Assembly: GCA_963823335.1 (NCBI GenBank)
Contig: CAWGLD010000001.1
Location: forward strand, 1,664,001 to 1,728,000
Direction of reading: 5' to 3'
Length of the DNA stretch: 64,000 bases
DNA from: an uncultured delta proteobacterium
Lineage (GTDB): Bacteria > Desulfobacterota > Desulfobacteria > Desulfobacterales > B30-G6
Below, piece by piece: positions 1 to 10,710 of this stretch (the first letter of the stretch is position 1; every line of letters begins with the position of its first letter). The notes under the pieces are model-generated. The model did no database searches. It was not told the origin of the DNA and saw only the letters and a program-made list of their open reading frames with translations. Both the position numbers and the translations under genes were made by a program.

Positions 1-132
1 ACAAAGGTACCCCCCTTGATCGATCAGGGGGGGTATATCCCCCTGGCGGACGGTCGTGTGCGGGAGGATGTTTCTTATGAAAATTATCGTTATTATCGAG
101 AACTGCTGCGAAGCATTATCGAAAAAGGATAG
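1..132 (+). CDS. 3' end of uroporphyrinogen decarboxylase/methyltransferase-family protein (partial)
   Basis: Frame 1 reads TKVPPLIDQGGYIPLADGRVREDVSYENYRYYRELLRSIIEKG*, matching the URO-D-family C-terminal pattern GGYIPxxDxxVxxxVxxENY. Confidence 0.65.
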   Translation, partial: TKVPPLIDQGGYIPLADGRVREDVSYENYRYYRELLRSIIEKG

Positions 133-260
133 ACAATAAGCCATGAGCATTAAGCTGTAAGCAGAAAGCTCAGATGGTAAAAATTTCAGGTTTCGGATAT
201 TCTGATGGAAATAAATAAAAGCGGCGCAGCCGCGTCACATAGCATCGCAACGCGATGCTA

Positions 261-1238
261 TCAAGGTATCAGAATCGTAGACCCGGTGGTCTTTCTAGCT
301 TCCAGATCCCGGTGTGCAACGGGTACCTCTGACAACGGATAGGTCTGGCCGATGGAAATTTTTACGGCACCCCTCTGGACGACATCGAAAAGATCCTTTG
401 CATGCGCCAGGAGGTCCTCCCGCTTCTCGGTATAGGTCATGAGACTCGGTCTTGTCAGAAACAGAGAGCCCTTGGCTGCCAGAACGCCCAGTTCCAGGGG
501 CGGTACCGCACCGGATGACTGTCCAAAAGTGACCATGGTGCCAAGAGGCTGCAGGCATTCCAGTGACTTCATGAAAGTGGCCTGGCCCACGGAATCATAC
601 ACAACATTGACACCTCTGCCGTTGGTGATTTCCCTGACGGCTTCCACAAAGTCTTCCTGGGAGTAAAGAATCGGGTGATCACATCCGTTGGAGCGTGCTT
701 TCTTCGCCTTTTCAGCCGAACCGACCGTGCCGATAACGGTGGCACCGATGTCGTGGGCCCATTGAGAGACAATGGATCCGACCCCCCCTGAGGCGGCGTG
801 GATGAGGATGGTGTCGCCCGGGGCAACAGGGTAGCAGGCCCGTATGAGGTAGCGTGCGGTCATGCCCTTGAGCATCATGGCGGCTGTTGTCTCAAATGAC
901 AAGCTGTCGGGTATCTTTACCAGACGATGCGCGGGGATACAGCGAATCTGGGCGTAGGCGCCCGGGGGAAGCCCGGCATAAGCTACGCGGTCGCCCACCA
1001 CCAGGTCGTTCACATGCTGTCCCACAGCTTCCACGACACCGGATCCTTCCATGCCGGGTATGGCCGGCAGTGCCGGGAGCGGATAGAGTCCGGTGCGGTG
1101 ATAGACATCGATAAAATTGAGCCCGATGGCCTCGTGTCGGATCCGAACCTGACCCGGACCAGGTGTGCCCGGATCGAAATCTTCCCACTTCAGAACTTCC
1201 GGGCCTCCATTGGTATAAAATTTTATGGCTTTGGGCAT
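261..1238 (-). CDS. qor: NADPH:quinone oxidoreductase (zeta-crystallin/MDR family)
   Basis: NFIDVYHRTGLY, HAASGGVG, VYDSVG and FGQSSG motifs; ATG at 1238 preceded by AGGAGG. Confidence 0.9.
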   Translation of the reverse strand: MPKAIKFYTNGGPEVLKWEDFDPGTPGPGQVRIRHEAIGLNFIDVYHRTGLYPLPALPAIPGMEGSGVVEAVGQHVNDLVVGDRVAYAGLPPGAYAQIRCIPAHRLVKIPDSLSFETTAAMMLKGMTARYLIRACYPVAPGDTILIHAASGGVGSIVSQWAHDIGATVIGTVGSAEKAKKARSNGCDHPILYSQEDFVEAVREITNGRGVNVVYDSVGQATFMKSLECLQPLGTMVTFGQSSGAVPPLELGVLAAKGSLFLTRPSLMTYTEKREDLLAHAKDLFDVVQRGAVKISIGQTYPLSEVPVAHRDLEARKTTGSTILIP

Positions 1239-1326
1239 GTTATCCCTCCTTTTTTTGACTTGCTGGAAAAAATGATTAGTACATTGTAGTATAGGAACGA
1301 AAACGGACAAATCAAATCAAACGAAC

Positions 1327-1472
1327 TAGAACCCATCTCAAAAATAGGATTTTGTTTCAAGATCAAGGCGATCTCAAGTTTCAACCCGCAGGAATACTTT
1401 TGTATTTTGAGGAGTTGAAACGAGAGAGCAACACAGAGATTGGGACAAAAAACATTTTTGAGACAGGTTCTA
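1327..1472 (+). mobile_element. Palindromic MITE/RPE-like element, family A, copy 1
   Basis: Flanked by TA on both sides; terminal inverted repeats GAACCCATCTCAAAAAT / ATTTTTGAGACAGGTTC; 3 further copies in the window. Confidence 0.85.
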
Positions 1473-1553
1473 TAGAAACCCTATTTTAACCGGTATGGTA
1501 GTTGATCTTACATTGTGACAGGGGTTTAGCCGGAATACAAGGTGGTAATAAAT

Positions 1554-2579
1554 ATGAAACAAAATGAGGGTAAATTCGAACTGGCTACATTTGCGGGTGG
1601 CTGCTTCTGGTGTATTGAAGCGGATTTTAGAAAAGTTGCGGGGGTTTTGGATGTCGTGTCGGGGTATACCGGCGGGGACACGGATAACCCGGCCTATCAG
1701 GATGTTTGCAGCGGTGTCGGCGGCCATGTGGAGGCCGTTCAGGTCCGGTATGATCCCCAACGAGTTTCATACCGGGAGCTGCTGGACGTTTTCTGGCGGC
1801 ATGTCGACCCGACCGATGGTGAAGGGCAATTTGTGGACAGGGGTCCCCAGTATCGGACAGTCATATTCACCCATTCAGAGGATCAGCAGCGTATGGCCGG
1901 GGAATCCAGGCAGGCCCTGGACCGGTCCGGCATCTTCCCTAAACCTGTTCTTACCGAAATTGTCCCTTTCACGGTATTCTACAAGGCTGAGGATTATCAT
2001 CAGGGATATCACAGAAAAGATCCTCTGCGGTATGCCAATTATCGTCGAAATTCCGGAAGAGATCAATTCCTGACATCCGTCTGGAAAGAAAAAGAAGAAG
2101 AGCGGGCTGATTCTTTGAAAACGGAGGTCCATCGACCGAGACCTTCGGACGGCGAACTACGTGTAAAATTGTCACCTCTGCAATACAATGTGACTCAGCA
2201 GAACGCCACAGAGCCGCCTTTTCAAAACACCCATTGGGACAACAAAAAACCAGGCATCTACGTGGACATTGTAACCGGGGAGCCCCTGTTCAGTTCCCTG
2301 GACAAATTTGATTCAGGTTCTGGCTGGCCCAGCTTTACACGCCCTATGGCACCGGACAATATCGTGGAGAAGAAGGACCATACGCTTTTCGCGGTCCGGA
2401 CCGAAGTCCGCAGTCGTCATGGTGACTCTCACCTGGGCCATGTTTTTGATGATGGACCCCGGCCTACAGGGCTGCGCTACTGTATCAATTCCGCATCTCT
2501 CAGGTTTATTCCCAGGGAAGATCTGGAAAAAGAAGGCTATGAAGCTTTTTCAACTCTTTTTCAGGATGGATCGGCGTGA
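1554..2579 (+). CDS. msrAB: Bifunctional peptide methionine sulfoxide reductase MsrA/MsrB
   Basis: GGCFWC and AEDYHQ (MsrA); [14 protein letters not shown] and RYCINS (MsrB). Confidence 0.95.
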   Translation: MKQNEGKFELATFAGGCFWCIEADFRKVAGVLDVVSGYTGGDTDNPAYQDVCSGVGGHVEAVQVRYDPQRVSYRELLDVFWRHVDPTDGEGQFVDRGPQYRTVIFTHSEDQQRMAGESRQALDRSGIFPKPVLTEIVPFTVFYKAEDYHQGYHRKDPLRYANYRRNSGRDQFLTSVWKEKEEERADSLKTEVHRPRPSDGELRVKLSPLQYNVTQQNATEPPFQNTHWDNKKPGIYVDIVTGEPLFSSLDKFDSGSGWPSFTRPMAPDNIVEKKDHTLFAVRTEVRSRHGDSHLGHVFDDGPRPTGLRYCINSASLRFIPREDLEKEGYEAFSTLFQDGSA

Positions 2580-4583
2580 AGCTTTTTCCACCTTCCTCAA
2601 TGACACCCGGGTCGTATTGAATCGGGGTCCATTACCCATGGTCTGTGGTTGACTGCTTGTCAGGCTGTTCTGGGCAATACCGTCCAGGTCCGCGGCTTCC
2701 TTGGGAGACCAGACAACACCTTGCGGCAGGGCTTCTGAAATGACAGCCTGCAGCCTGAGACGGCCGAGGTGGTTTCGCAGTAGAACGATTTCTCCATCGT
2801 CAATACCAGCGTTGGCAGCATCTTTCGGATTGATATGAACCACTGCGGGGATGTTCCCGTAGACTTCCTGGAATTGGGTATGGGTATGGTTTGACACGGA
2901 ACTGGTCATGAAAATGAATTGTCCTGTTCCCGCCACCCATTCCTTCTGCGTCGGCATAGGGGTATGGCCTCTCGCCAGTGCCCCATCGGCGTAAAATTCA
3001 ATTTTACCGGAAGGTGTTGGATAGTGATGCCTGGGTTTGCGTGCAAGCCTGAGACGCCTGCCGGACATCAGGTCCTGCATATTCCCTTTTTCAAACGCAT
3101 CCCGCATGGCGAACGTTATGGCCGTGAGGGCATCTTCGTAAAGCCATGGTTCTTGTAATCCTAAACGACGGGCAAGATCTGTCATGACCTGGATTTCATG
3201 GCGACTGTCGGTCACGGGTGAGATAACCTGCCGGCTGTACTGGACACAGTTGTGACTGTCCGGAATGACGATATCTTCTTTTTCCAGGAATGTGGGGGCC
3301 GGCAAGACAATGTCAGCGAGCTTCGCCGTCTCGGTCCAGTGGGATTCATGAACAATCAGAAACAGGTCGTCGCGGGCCAGGCCTTCTTGAAACGATTTCT
3401 GGTTGGGGAGCGTCATGGCAGGATTCATGCAGCTGACGTACACAACTGAAAATTCGCCTTTTTTGATGTGATCGGCCACGGCAACCTGTTGGATGATTTT
3501 CGGCGTCCTGTTTGCCAACGACTTTCCGCTGATGAGCGGTCTGTCCAGAAGGTAGGCACTGCCATTCCCATAAAAAAAGCCCCGGTGGATCCCCAGTATG
3601 GACGGTATCATGGCCACGGCCCTCGCCTGGTCCGCGCCGTTTTCACAGTGCTGAAGACCATAACCGATAAGGGTCATGCTCGGCTTTTTATCGGCATACA
3701 GATTTGTCAGCGATTGCAGTCTGTCCGGCGAAACACCGCTAACCCGCTGGATGCTTTCGGAGGTCCACTTTGCCGCCTCTGCTTTCAAGCGGTCAAATCC
3801 GTAAGTCCATTTTTCGATAAATGGGGCATCGGTATTCCCGGATGTGATAAGCCGGTTAAGAAGACCGTAAACCAGAGCCACATCCGTGCCCGGTTTTGTC
3901 CGGATCCACAGGTCAGCCTTTTTGGCCGTGTCTGTCTGGATAGGATCCACCACAACGATCGTGGTCTGTCCTCTTTTTCGGGCTGTGAGGGCCAGATGCC
4001 ATATATGGGGCGCACTCACCGCTGCATTGAATCCCCAGAAAACAAGGAGTTTCATGGAGGGTATCTCCAGCGGATTGGCACCGTAACTGTCACCATAATG
4101 CATGGATATGCCGGTATGTCCTGATTTACTGCACAGGGCGCCGTCGGTTTGAGCGGCACCCAATGCATTCCACAAGCGATTTGGAAAGGCATTGGCCATC
4201 AGACCGGTGTTTCCGGCATAATTTAGAAAAAGAATCCCATGGGGTCCTTGTTTGGCAATGGTATGGGCGAGTTTGCGGGATATGAGATCGAGGCTCCGGT
4301 CCCAGCTGATCCTTTTGAAACCGGTGGTCTCTTTTACAAAGGGACGGTCGATGCGATTGGATAGCAGTCTGTCCCGGTCCCTGGCACTTCTGGGACAGAT
4401 TTTTCCTCTGGTCAGCGGGTGCCCGGCATCCCCATGAACGGATGTGATTTGTTGATGTTCATCAACATGGAAAACCAGCGAACAGGCATCATAGCAATCA
4501 CGGGCACAGACAGTTTTGATCGGGTTTGTTGTATTCGTTGGGTTTATTGGGTTCATTGAGTTTATTTCGTTTGTTGGGCACAT
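2550..4583 (-). CDS. Molybdopterin (bis-PGD) oxidoreductase catalytic subunit, substrate unknown
   Basis: N-terminal CxxDCxxxC...C [4Fe-4S] motif, PGTD, ADIVLPA, and C-terminal molydop-binding domain (INPKDA). Confidence 0.85.
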   Translation of the reverse strand: MCPTNEINSMNPINPTNTTNPIKTVCARDCYDACSLVFHVDEHQQITSVHGDAGHPLTRGKICPRSARDRDRLLSNRIDRPFVKETTGFKRISWDRSLDLISRKLAHTIAKQGPHGILFLNYAGNTGLMANAFPNRLWNALGAAQTDGALCSKSGHTGISMHYGDSYGANPLEIPSMKLLVFWGFNAAVSAPHIWHLALTARKRGQTTIVVVDPIQTDTAKKADLWIRTKPGTDVALVYGLLNRLITSGNTDAPFIEKWTYGFDRLKAEAAKWTSESIQRVSGVSPDRLQSLTNLYADKKPSMTLIGYGLQHCENGADQARAVAMIPSILGIHRGFFYGNGSAYLLDRPLISGKSLANRTPKIIQQVAVADHIKKGEFSVVYVSCMNPAMTLPNQKSFQEGLARDDLFLIVHESHWTETAKLADIVLPAPTFLEKEDIVIPDSHNCVQYSRQVISPVTDSRHEIQVMTDLARRLGLQEPWLYEDALTAITFAMRDAFEKGNMQDLMSGRRLRLARKPRHHYPTPSGKIEFYADGALARGHTPMPTQKEWVAGTGQFIFMTSSVSNHTHTQFQEVYGNIPAVVHINPKDAANAGIDDGEIVLLRNHLGRLRLQAVISEALPQGVVWSPKEAADLDGIAQNSLTSSQPQTMGNGPRFNTTRVSLRKVEKASRRSILKKS

Positions 4584-4662
4584 AATGCTTGGAGGCCGGG
4601 AAGCTATGGTGCTGCCGTCAGTTCATGGCTTTTAGCTACCTTCCAACCCTTGAACCCTTCTC

Positions 4663-5802
4663 TTAATTGATACACCGGATGATATCTTCTCCAAATTCAC
4701 GAATCTGCCATGATTTGAGGCTGGCGATGTCATATAAATCGCGTACGGTGCCGGGAGAGATCCTGACGATGTCCATTGTCTGGGATTTGTTCAAAAGCAG
4801 AGAGGGGTCGATGGCCAGACCGGCCGCTTTTTTTTCTTTCCAGCTTTTCAGTTTTTTTGCTAAACGGATCTTCGATTCCGGCAACCTGGCCACACGTGTC
4901 CTGGGGTAAACCGGAAGACAGTCCTGCGGCTTTTTCAGGCCTTTGTCGACAGCGTCCAGAAGCTGGGAGCCATACATGCCGATCTGCCTGGCGCTCAGGG
5001 CACGGCTCGTTTCCAGGGTTTCCCTTGTCTGGGGTTTTGTTCGAACCAGGGTCAGCAAAGTATTGTTACCGACAATTTTGAAAAGCGGAAGGTCTTTTTT
5101 TCGGGCAGCCCGTATACGCCAGATCAGAAGTTCTTCAAGGACAGCCAGGTCTTCCGGTGACAACCTGCCTGCCCCTTTGAAGCTGAGAAACAAGGGCTTG
5201 GCATTTGTTGTGTTGGGTCGGACGTTACTCAGCAGATCACACTCTTCCTCGACCCAGGATAAACGATTTTTCTGGGAAAGATCTTCCTCCAGGAGCTTCG
5301 CCAGGGAAAGCAGGTGGTGAACATCCCCGGCTGCATAGGATATCATGGCCTCAGGCAGCGGTCTCATGGACCAGTCTTTTTTCTGGTATTTTTTCTCCAG
5401 CTTGACATTGAAGAAGGTCTGAAGCATGGCATCCAGACCACTTTGCTGGAAACCCAGGAATCGGGAGGCCAATTCCGTATCGAAAAGGTTGTGAATAATA
5501 ATGTCGAAATCTCTGAAAAGAGAGCGGACATCATAGTCGGAACCATGGAAAACCTTTTTGACCCGGCGGTTTCCGAACAGGGGTTTCAGTGCTGATAGAT
5601 CCTTGACCTGTATGGGGTCCACGATAAACAGGTGGCGGTCCGAGGCTATCTGGATCAGACAGACTTTTTCCTGAAAGTGGAACATGGAGTCAGCCTCCAG
5701 ATCTACGGCCACGGCATCGACACCCCGGAGGGCTTTTAAAACAATCTCCAAACCGGACAATGTGTTCACAAATTCGAATTGGAATTCAGAATCCTGCTGC
5801 AT
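4663..5802 (-). CDS. rnd: Ribonuclease D (DEDD exonuclease plus HRDC domains)
   Basis: AVDLEAD, KVFHGSDYD, FDTELA, DWSMRPL and YAAGD motifs. Confidence 0.9.
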   Translation of the reverse strand: MQQDSEFQFEFVNTLSGLEIVLKALRGVDAVAVDLEADSMFHFQEKVCLIQIASDRHLFIVDPIQVKDLSALKPLFGNRRVKKVFHGSDYDVRSLFRDFDIIIHNLFDTELASRFLGFQQSGLDAMLQTFFNVKLEKKYQKKDWSMRPLPEAMISYAAGDVHHLLSLAKLLEEDLSQKNRLSWVEEECDLLSNVRPNTTNAKPLFLSFKGAGRLSPEDLAVLEELLIWRIRAARKKDLPLFKIVGNNTLLTLVRTKPQTRETLETSRALSARQIGMYGSQLLDAVDKGLKKPQDCLPVYPRTRVARLPESKIRLAKKLKSWKEKKAAGLAIDPSLLLNKSQTMDIVRISPGTVRDLYDIASLKSWQIREFGEDIIRCIN

Positions 5803-5938
5803 GTCTCTCCAATTTCTTCTTGACCCAGTGTTGCAATTGGCCTAAATAAAAAAGTTTACGGGTAGTAGAACAAGCGCCCGGGAAGCTCTCTTAACACATA
5901 TAAAATCGTAAAACGATTTTATAACAAGGTGACAAACA

Positions 5939-7852
5939 ATGATCAATATAACATTTCCTGATGGAAGCACAAAGTCTTTTGATCACCTTCCCACCGGTTT
6001 TGACATTGCCGGAAGTATATCGGAAGGCCTGGCCCGGGACAGTGTGGCCATGGAACTGAATGACAAGCTGGTTGACATGAGCACGGTCGTAGAAAAAGAT
6101 GCCGCGATCCGGTTGATAACGACCCGGGACAAGGAAGCGCTGGAGATCATGCGCCACAGTGCCGCCCATGTCATGGCACAGGCTGTGTTGAGAATTTACA
6201 AGGACGCCAAACTGACCATCGGCCCGGTGATTGAGGATGGGTTTTATTACGATATCGACATGGAGCCGGTTTCGGAAGATGATTTTCCCAAAATAGAATC
6301 CGAGATCAAAAAACTGGTCAAAGAGAAAATCCCGATCCAGCGCAGTGAGGTTTCCAAGGCTGAAGCCCTGAAGATCTACAAGGATGAACCCTACAAGCTG
6401 GAAATGATTTCAGCTCTGGAAGATGGCCAGATATCCCTTTACGAACAGGGGGAGTTTACGGATCTCTGCCGGGGACCCCATGTGCCCCATACCGGATTTG
6501 TAAAAGCCATCAAGCTGACCAAGGTGTCTGGTGCTTACTGGCGTGCCGACCAGACCAAGGCACAGTTGCAGCGATTGTATGGAACAGCTTTTTTTGACAA
6601 AAAAGAGTTAAAAGATCATCTGCGTTACCTTGAAGAGGCCAAAAAAAGGAATCACCGCAGGATCGGCGAAGCACTGGACCTGTTCAGCTTCCATGACGAG
6701 GCACCGGGTATGCCATTTTTTCATGCCAAGGGCATGGAGATCTGGAACACCTTGCTGGAATACTGGCGATTTGAACACAAGGCTGCGGGTTACGTGGAGA
6801 CCAAGACCCCGATTATGCTGGATCGATTTTTGTGGGAACGCAGCGGTCACTGGGAAAATTATCGGGAAAATATGTACACCACCATGGTGGATGAAAACGA
6901 ATATGCCATCAAACCCATGAACTGTCCCGGCGGTATGTTGCTATACGGAAACCGGCCCCATTCTTATCGGGAATTTCCCATCCGGGCGGCAGAAGTGGGT
7001 CTTGTTCACCGCCACGAGTTGAGTGGTGTTCTCTCCGGTCTTTTCAGGGTCAGGGCTTTTCATCAGGACGATGCCCACATTTTCATGACGCCGGATCAGA
7101 TCCGATCGGAAATTATTGGGGTTCTGGAGCTGGCACAAAAGGTTTATGGAACATTCGGGCTTGATTTTCGGCTGGAGCTTTCCACGCGGCCTGAGAAATC
7201 TATCGGTACTGATGCACAGTGGGATGTTGCCACGGACGGGCTGCGGAGCGCGCTGGATGCCTATGGGCATGAATACCGGCTCAATGAGGGGGACGGTGCC
7301 TTTTATGGCCCGAAAATCGATCTGCACATCATGGATGCCCTGAAGCGAACCTGGCAATGTGGTACGATTCAGCTGGACATGTCCTTACCGGAACGGTTTG
7401 ATCTCGGCTATATTGGCCAGGACAATGAGAAGCATCGTCCCATTATGATTCATCGCACCATTTTAGGGTCCATCGAGCGATTCCTGGGTATTTTGATTGA
7501 ACACTTCGCAGGTAAGTTTCCGCTGTGGATGGCGCCGGTTCAGGCCGTGGCCCTTCCCATCAATGATGAACTCATACCCTATGCTCTGGAAGTCAAGGAT
7601 AGCATGGAAAGGGCCGGGTTGCGCACCGAAGTCGACAGTAGAACCGAAAGCCTGAATAAAAAGATTCGTGCGGCACAACTGGCCAATATCCCCTTGATCC
7701 TCACCATCGGCGCCAAGGAACAGGCATCAAACACCCTTTCCGTGAGAACCCTGGACGGCCATGTCAAAATGGGTGTTTCCCGGGATGAATTTATCCAGGC
7801 AGTTTCAAAAAATATAGAAAAAAGAGAACTGGACCTTACCCTGTTTAAGTAA
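5939..7852 (+). CDS. thrS: Threonyl-tRNA synthetase
   Basis: TGS domain, HSAAH, DLCRGPH, KPMNCP, GAFYGPK, WQCGTIQLD. Confidence 0.98.
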   Translation: MINITFPDGSTKSFDHLPTGFDIAGSISEGLARDSVAMELNDKLVDMSTVVEKDAAIRLITTRDKEALEIMRHSAAHVMAQAVLRIYKDAKLTIGPVIEDGFYYDIDMEPVSEDDFPKIESEIKKLVKEKIPIQRSEVSKAEALKIYKDEPYKLEMISALEDGQISLYEQGEFTDLCRGPHVPHTGFVKAIKLTKVSGAYWRADQTKAQLQRLYGTAFFDKKELKDHLRYLEEAKKRNHRRIGEALDLFSFHDEAPGMPFFHAKGMEIWNTLLEYWRFEHKAAGYVETKTPIMLDRFLWERSGHWENYRENMYTTMVDENEYAIKPMNCPGGMLLYGNRPHSYREFPIRAAEVGLVHRHELSGVLSGLFRVRAFHQDDAHIFMTPDQIRSEIIGVLELAQKVYGTFGLDFRLELSTRPEKSIGTDAQWDVATDGLRSALDAYGHEYRLNEGDGAFYGPKIDLHIMDALKRTWQCGTIQLDMSLPERFDLGYIGQDNEKHRPIMIHRTILGSIERFLGILIEHFAGKFPLWMAPVQAVALPINDELIPYALEVKDSMERAGLRTEVDSRTESLNKKIRAAQLANIPLILTIGAKEQASNTLSVRTLDGHVKMGVSRDEFIQAVSKNIEKRELDLTLFK

Positions 7853-7891
7853 GACGCGACTTCTAACAGAACCTCACAAGGCTTTTTCAGC

Positions 7892-8119
7892 ATGCCAAAA
7901 AGGAAACCAAGCGGGCAGGACAATGCCGGTGTCACGACCCATCGGGTTCAATGGTGTGACAACCGCTGCCCACATGCCGACTTTGCCAAGCTTGATGCCA
8001 TGGATGGGAGCTGTCGCACGTTTCAATCCTTGTGGTGTGGTTTGCTGCAGAAACACGTGACCAAAAATGCCCCCTGTGAAAATCGATTCGGGAAAAGACG
8101 CCCGACAACAGGATTTTGA
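7892..8119 (+). CDS. Small cysteine-rich hypothetical protein (75 aa)
   Basis: ATG ORF between thrS and the vanZ-like gene on the same strand; 5 Cys in the pattern WCDNRC...SCRTF...WC...PC. Confidence 0.5.
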   Translation: MPKRKPSGQDNAGVTTHRVQWCDNRCPHADFAKLDAMDGSCRTFQSLWCGLLQKHVTKNAPCENRFGKRRPTTGF

Positions 8120-8138
8120 GGTAAAACGACATCCAAAC

Positions 8139-8528
8139 ATGGCGATCTCTTGGAGCAGATATATCAGAATTTTTGTTTTCTACTGGCTTCCGGTGTTTCT
8201 CTACTGTCTTTTGATCTTTATCCAGTCATCCTATCCCGTCACCAAAATTCTTCCCTCGATTTCCCATATGGACAAACTGGCGCATGCCGGTGCCTATGCG
8301 CTGCTGGGATTTCTTTTTTATCGTGCGTTTCATAGGACAAGAATCCAGAAAAATGCACTGACGTTGGTGGTTCTAAGTGTATTGGCTTCGTCGATTTACG
8401 GTATCAGTGATGAAATCCATCAGTACTTTGTACCTTCGCGAATGGCCGATATCGCTGATGTGGCGGCCAACACCGTGGGAAGTATCATGGGTGCCATTGC
8501 GGCACAAATGAGCTTGAACCGGCAATAG
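8139..8528 (+). CDS. VanZ-like membrane protein
   Basis: DKLAHAGAYALLG, YGISDEIHQYFVPSR and DVAANTVG signatures. Confidence 0.9.
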   Translation: MAISWSRYIRIFVFYWLPVFLYCLLIFIQSSYPVTKILPSISHMDKLAHAGAYALLGFLFYRAFHRTRIQKNALTLVVLSVLASSIYGISDEIHQYFVPSRMADIADVAANTVGSIMGAIAAQMSLNRQ

Positions 8529-8552
8529 CGATCATTCCCTTCACAACAAAGC

Positions 8553-10373
8553 TCAAAACACGAATACAGCAACGGCGATTGCGTGAAAGACAATGGCCGG
8601 GAAAATGCTGTGACTTCTTTCCCTGACAACGCCATTGGCTAGTCCGAATGCGAATGCGGCAAATGCCGTTTCCGGAATGGATTCCACTTGCAATGCTCCA
8701 TTGAAGATCTCTGGAAGGAATACCAGGCAGGTCATAAAAGATGTGTACAAAATTGCCGAAGCAACCACCGGAAAGGAAAAAAACCATCGGCTGTTACATC
8801 CTTTTGTCGGGGTGCCTTCGGCTAAAATGCCGTAAGCCAAACCACGGAAGAGTAACTCTGATGCCAAAGGGATGATGATAAATACATATCCAAGGGTTTC
8901 TTTAAAATTCAACAAATGGAAAGCCGAATCCGGAAAATAGACACCGTTTCCCATGGCAGCCAGAGCAATGACCGGTAAAAGAATCCACCAGTCTTTACCT
9001 GTTGGGACCCTGACGCCAAATTGCCACAATCGCACGCGTGATATCAATACCAGACCCACCGCCGTAAAAAATATCAATGCACCGAAAAATGAGATATAGG
9101 TTTTTGAGAGCAGACCGGTTGCGGCCGTATCGCTGAACCAGGGGCTGGAAGTAACAAATAAATTGCCTATATAAGCCGCCCCTGTTATTGCGAATACCAT
9201 GACCATGGCATAGAAGAAGTGGAACGTATAAACGGCTGTACTCGGGTTCTGAAAGGCATCACGGCAGGCTTGTGCAATTTCGACAGGGGTTAGTTTCGTA
9301 ACAAATCCTCGCGGAGAGCCTCCAATGTCACCGGATCCACCCCATTGATTGCTATTTTTTCGACATCTGACACCAGGATCCATATAGTTTAGTATCCGAT
9401 AAACATCGCTTAGATCACCCGGCATGAAAGGGTCTACGCGGCGCAAGGTATATAGCCCTTCTCCTTTTTTGAGAATTACCAGCCCAAGTCTTTCGCCATA
9501 GACCCTTTGCAGAGGGGACTCAAGCTCGTATATTCCCAGATCGGCTTCGATGACGATGGCAATTCGATTACATGCCAGCTCAACCCGCGCCAATTCCTTT
9601 AATTCTTTAAAATCAACAAGATCTTCCGACCTGTAAATGATTCTGTCAATTTTTTGCAAGATTAACGCGGTGTGTTCAAGGCTGTCTTTTTCCTCCCACA
9701 GGGCGTTCTTTTTTAAATCCATTTCCTCTATACGCAAATAATCAATCACTTCTAGCGTCTTATTATACAATTCTGGTGGCAATCCGCTAAACTCGGTCAT
9801 CTCCAATCCGTGAGAATCAATGACCCCCTCGAGACGAATCAGCGCATATAAAAAACGCAGACGGTCGGAATCTTTCTTCCGAACCCGCAGGTGATTTAAA
9901 ATAAGCCAGATTGCCAGGATTGTGTCCAAATCAGGCTCGTTTGCCCATACGCTCCAGTCCCGGCTACGTAAATCCATGCCCTTCAATATCATTACTAAAA
10001 CCTGTTCACAGGTTGAAAGTGTAAATGGTCGTATACATCCTTTATGGTGGTCAAAGTTATAAATCTGCTTTTCATTGTCCATGAAAGGCTCACACTGAGC
10101 GACGCCGTCGAGATATATTGTGCCCGGAGAAGATTTGCGGGCCGCCGATGCGGAGATTGTCAGTCCGGTCTCAACACGAACTGCAATATTAGGGGCTTCA
10201 AGGCAGATTAAAACCCTTCCGGCGCTGGAATCATTAATGACGTACCGATTTGGTAGATGTGTGGTGCTGGTTTCTCTATCCATGCGTTTTTTCTCTGTGG
10301 AAGTGCTCAAAAGCTGAGTATCATCTGTATCTGCTTGAGCACCTGTTTTATCCTTCTCAAAACACATAGACAT
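8553..10373 (-). CDS. Large soluble domain (DHH-like motifs) fused to a C-terminal CPBP/Abi intramembrane protease-like domain
   Basis: C-terminal SELLFRG and AIVFH within hydrophobic helices; N-terminal YLDG, FDHH and NEPDLD; start uncertain. Confidence 0.7.
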   Translation of the reverse strand: MSMCFEKDKTGAQADTDDTQLLSTSTEKKRMDRETSTTHLPNRYVINDSSAGRVLICLEAPNIAVRVETGLTISASAARKSSPGTIYLDGVAQCEPFMDNEKQIYNFDHHKGCIRPFTLSTCEQVLVMILKGMDLRSRDWSVWANEPDLDTILAIWLILNHLRVRKKDSDRLRFLYALIRLEGVIDSHGLEMTEFSGLPPELYNKTLEVIDYLRIEEMDLKKNALWEEKDSLEHTALILQKIDRIIYRSEDLVDFKELKELARVELACNRIAIVIEADLGIYELESPLQRVYGERLGLVILKKGEGLYTLRRVDPFMPGDLSDVYRILNYMDPGVRCRKNSNQWGGSGDIGGSPRGFVTKLTPVEIAQACRDAFQNPSTAVYTFHFFYAMVMVFAITGAAYIGNLFVTSSPWFSDTAATGLLSKTYISFFGALIFFTAVGLVLISRVRLWQFGVRVPTGKDWWILLPVIALAAMGNGVYFPDSAFHLLNFKETLGYVFIIIPLASELLFRGLAYGILAEGTPTKGCNSRWFFSFPVVASAILYTSFMTCLVFLPEIFNGALQVESIPETAFAAFAFGLANGVVRERSHSIFPAIVFHAIAVAVFVF

Positions 10374-10710
10374 TCTCACAAGAATCCGAAAAAAGCGATA
10401 CTTAGATCATTTTTTTTTAAAAAAATTGTTCCGGACAAACCGATTGAAATGATTTTCAAGGTGCCAAGGTCTTTATTTTATGGTTTTATATAGCAAAAAA
10501 CATCATAATACCAAGCTGTTACTGCTATCTGCAACACCCCGGTATCCATTATGGTATTGCAGCATCAATATTGTTAATGATAAAGTCAAGCAGGTTTACC
10601 AACTGGGCAAAAAAACTTTTTTGAGATAACTTCTAACAAACAGTATAAGCAAGCGCTTGTGGAACCCGAACGTCAGGAGACCTGCCGTCTCCTGATGGAA
10701 GGAAATCGTT

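Noticed and set aside
8117-8150. TGA ending the small Cys-rich ORF as a fifth Sec codon
   Set aside because: It is not in a Cys-motif context, there is no clear SECIS, and read-through would overlap the vanZ gene out of frame
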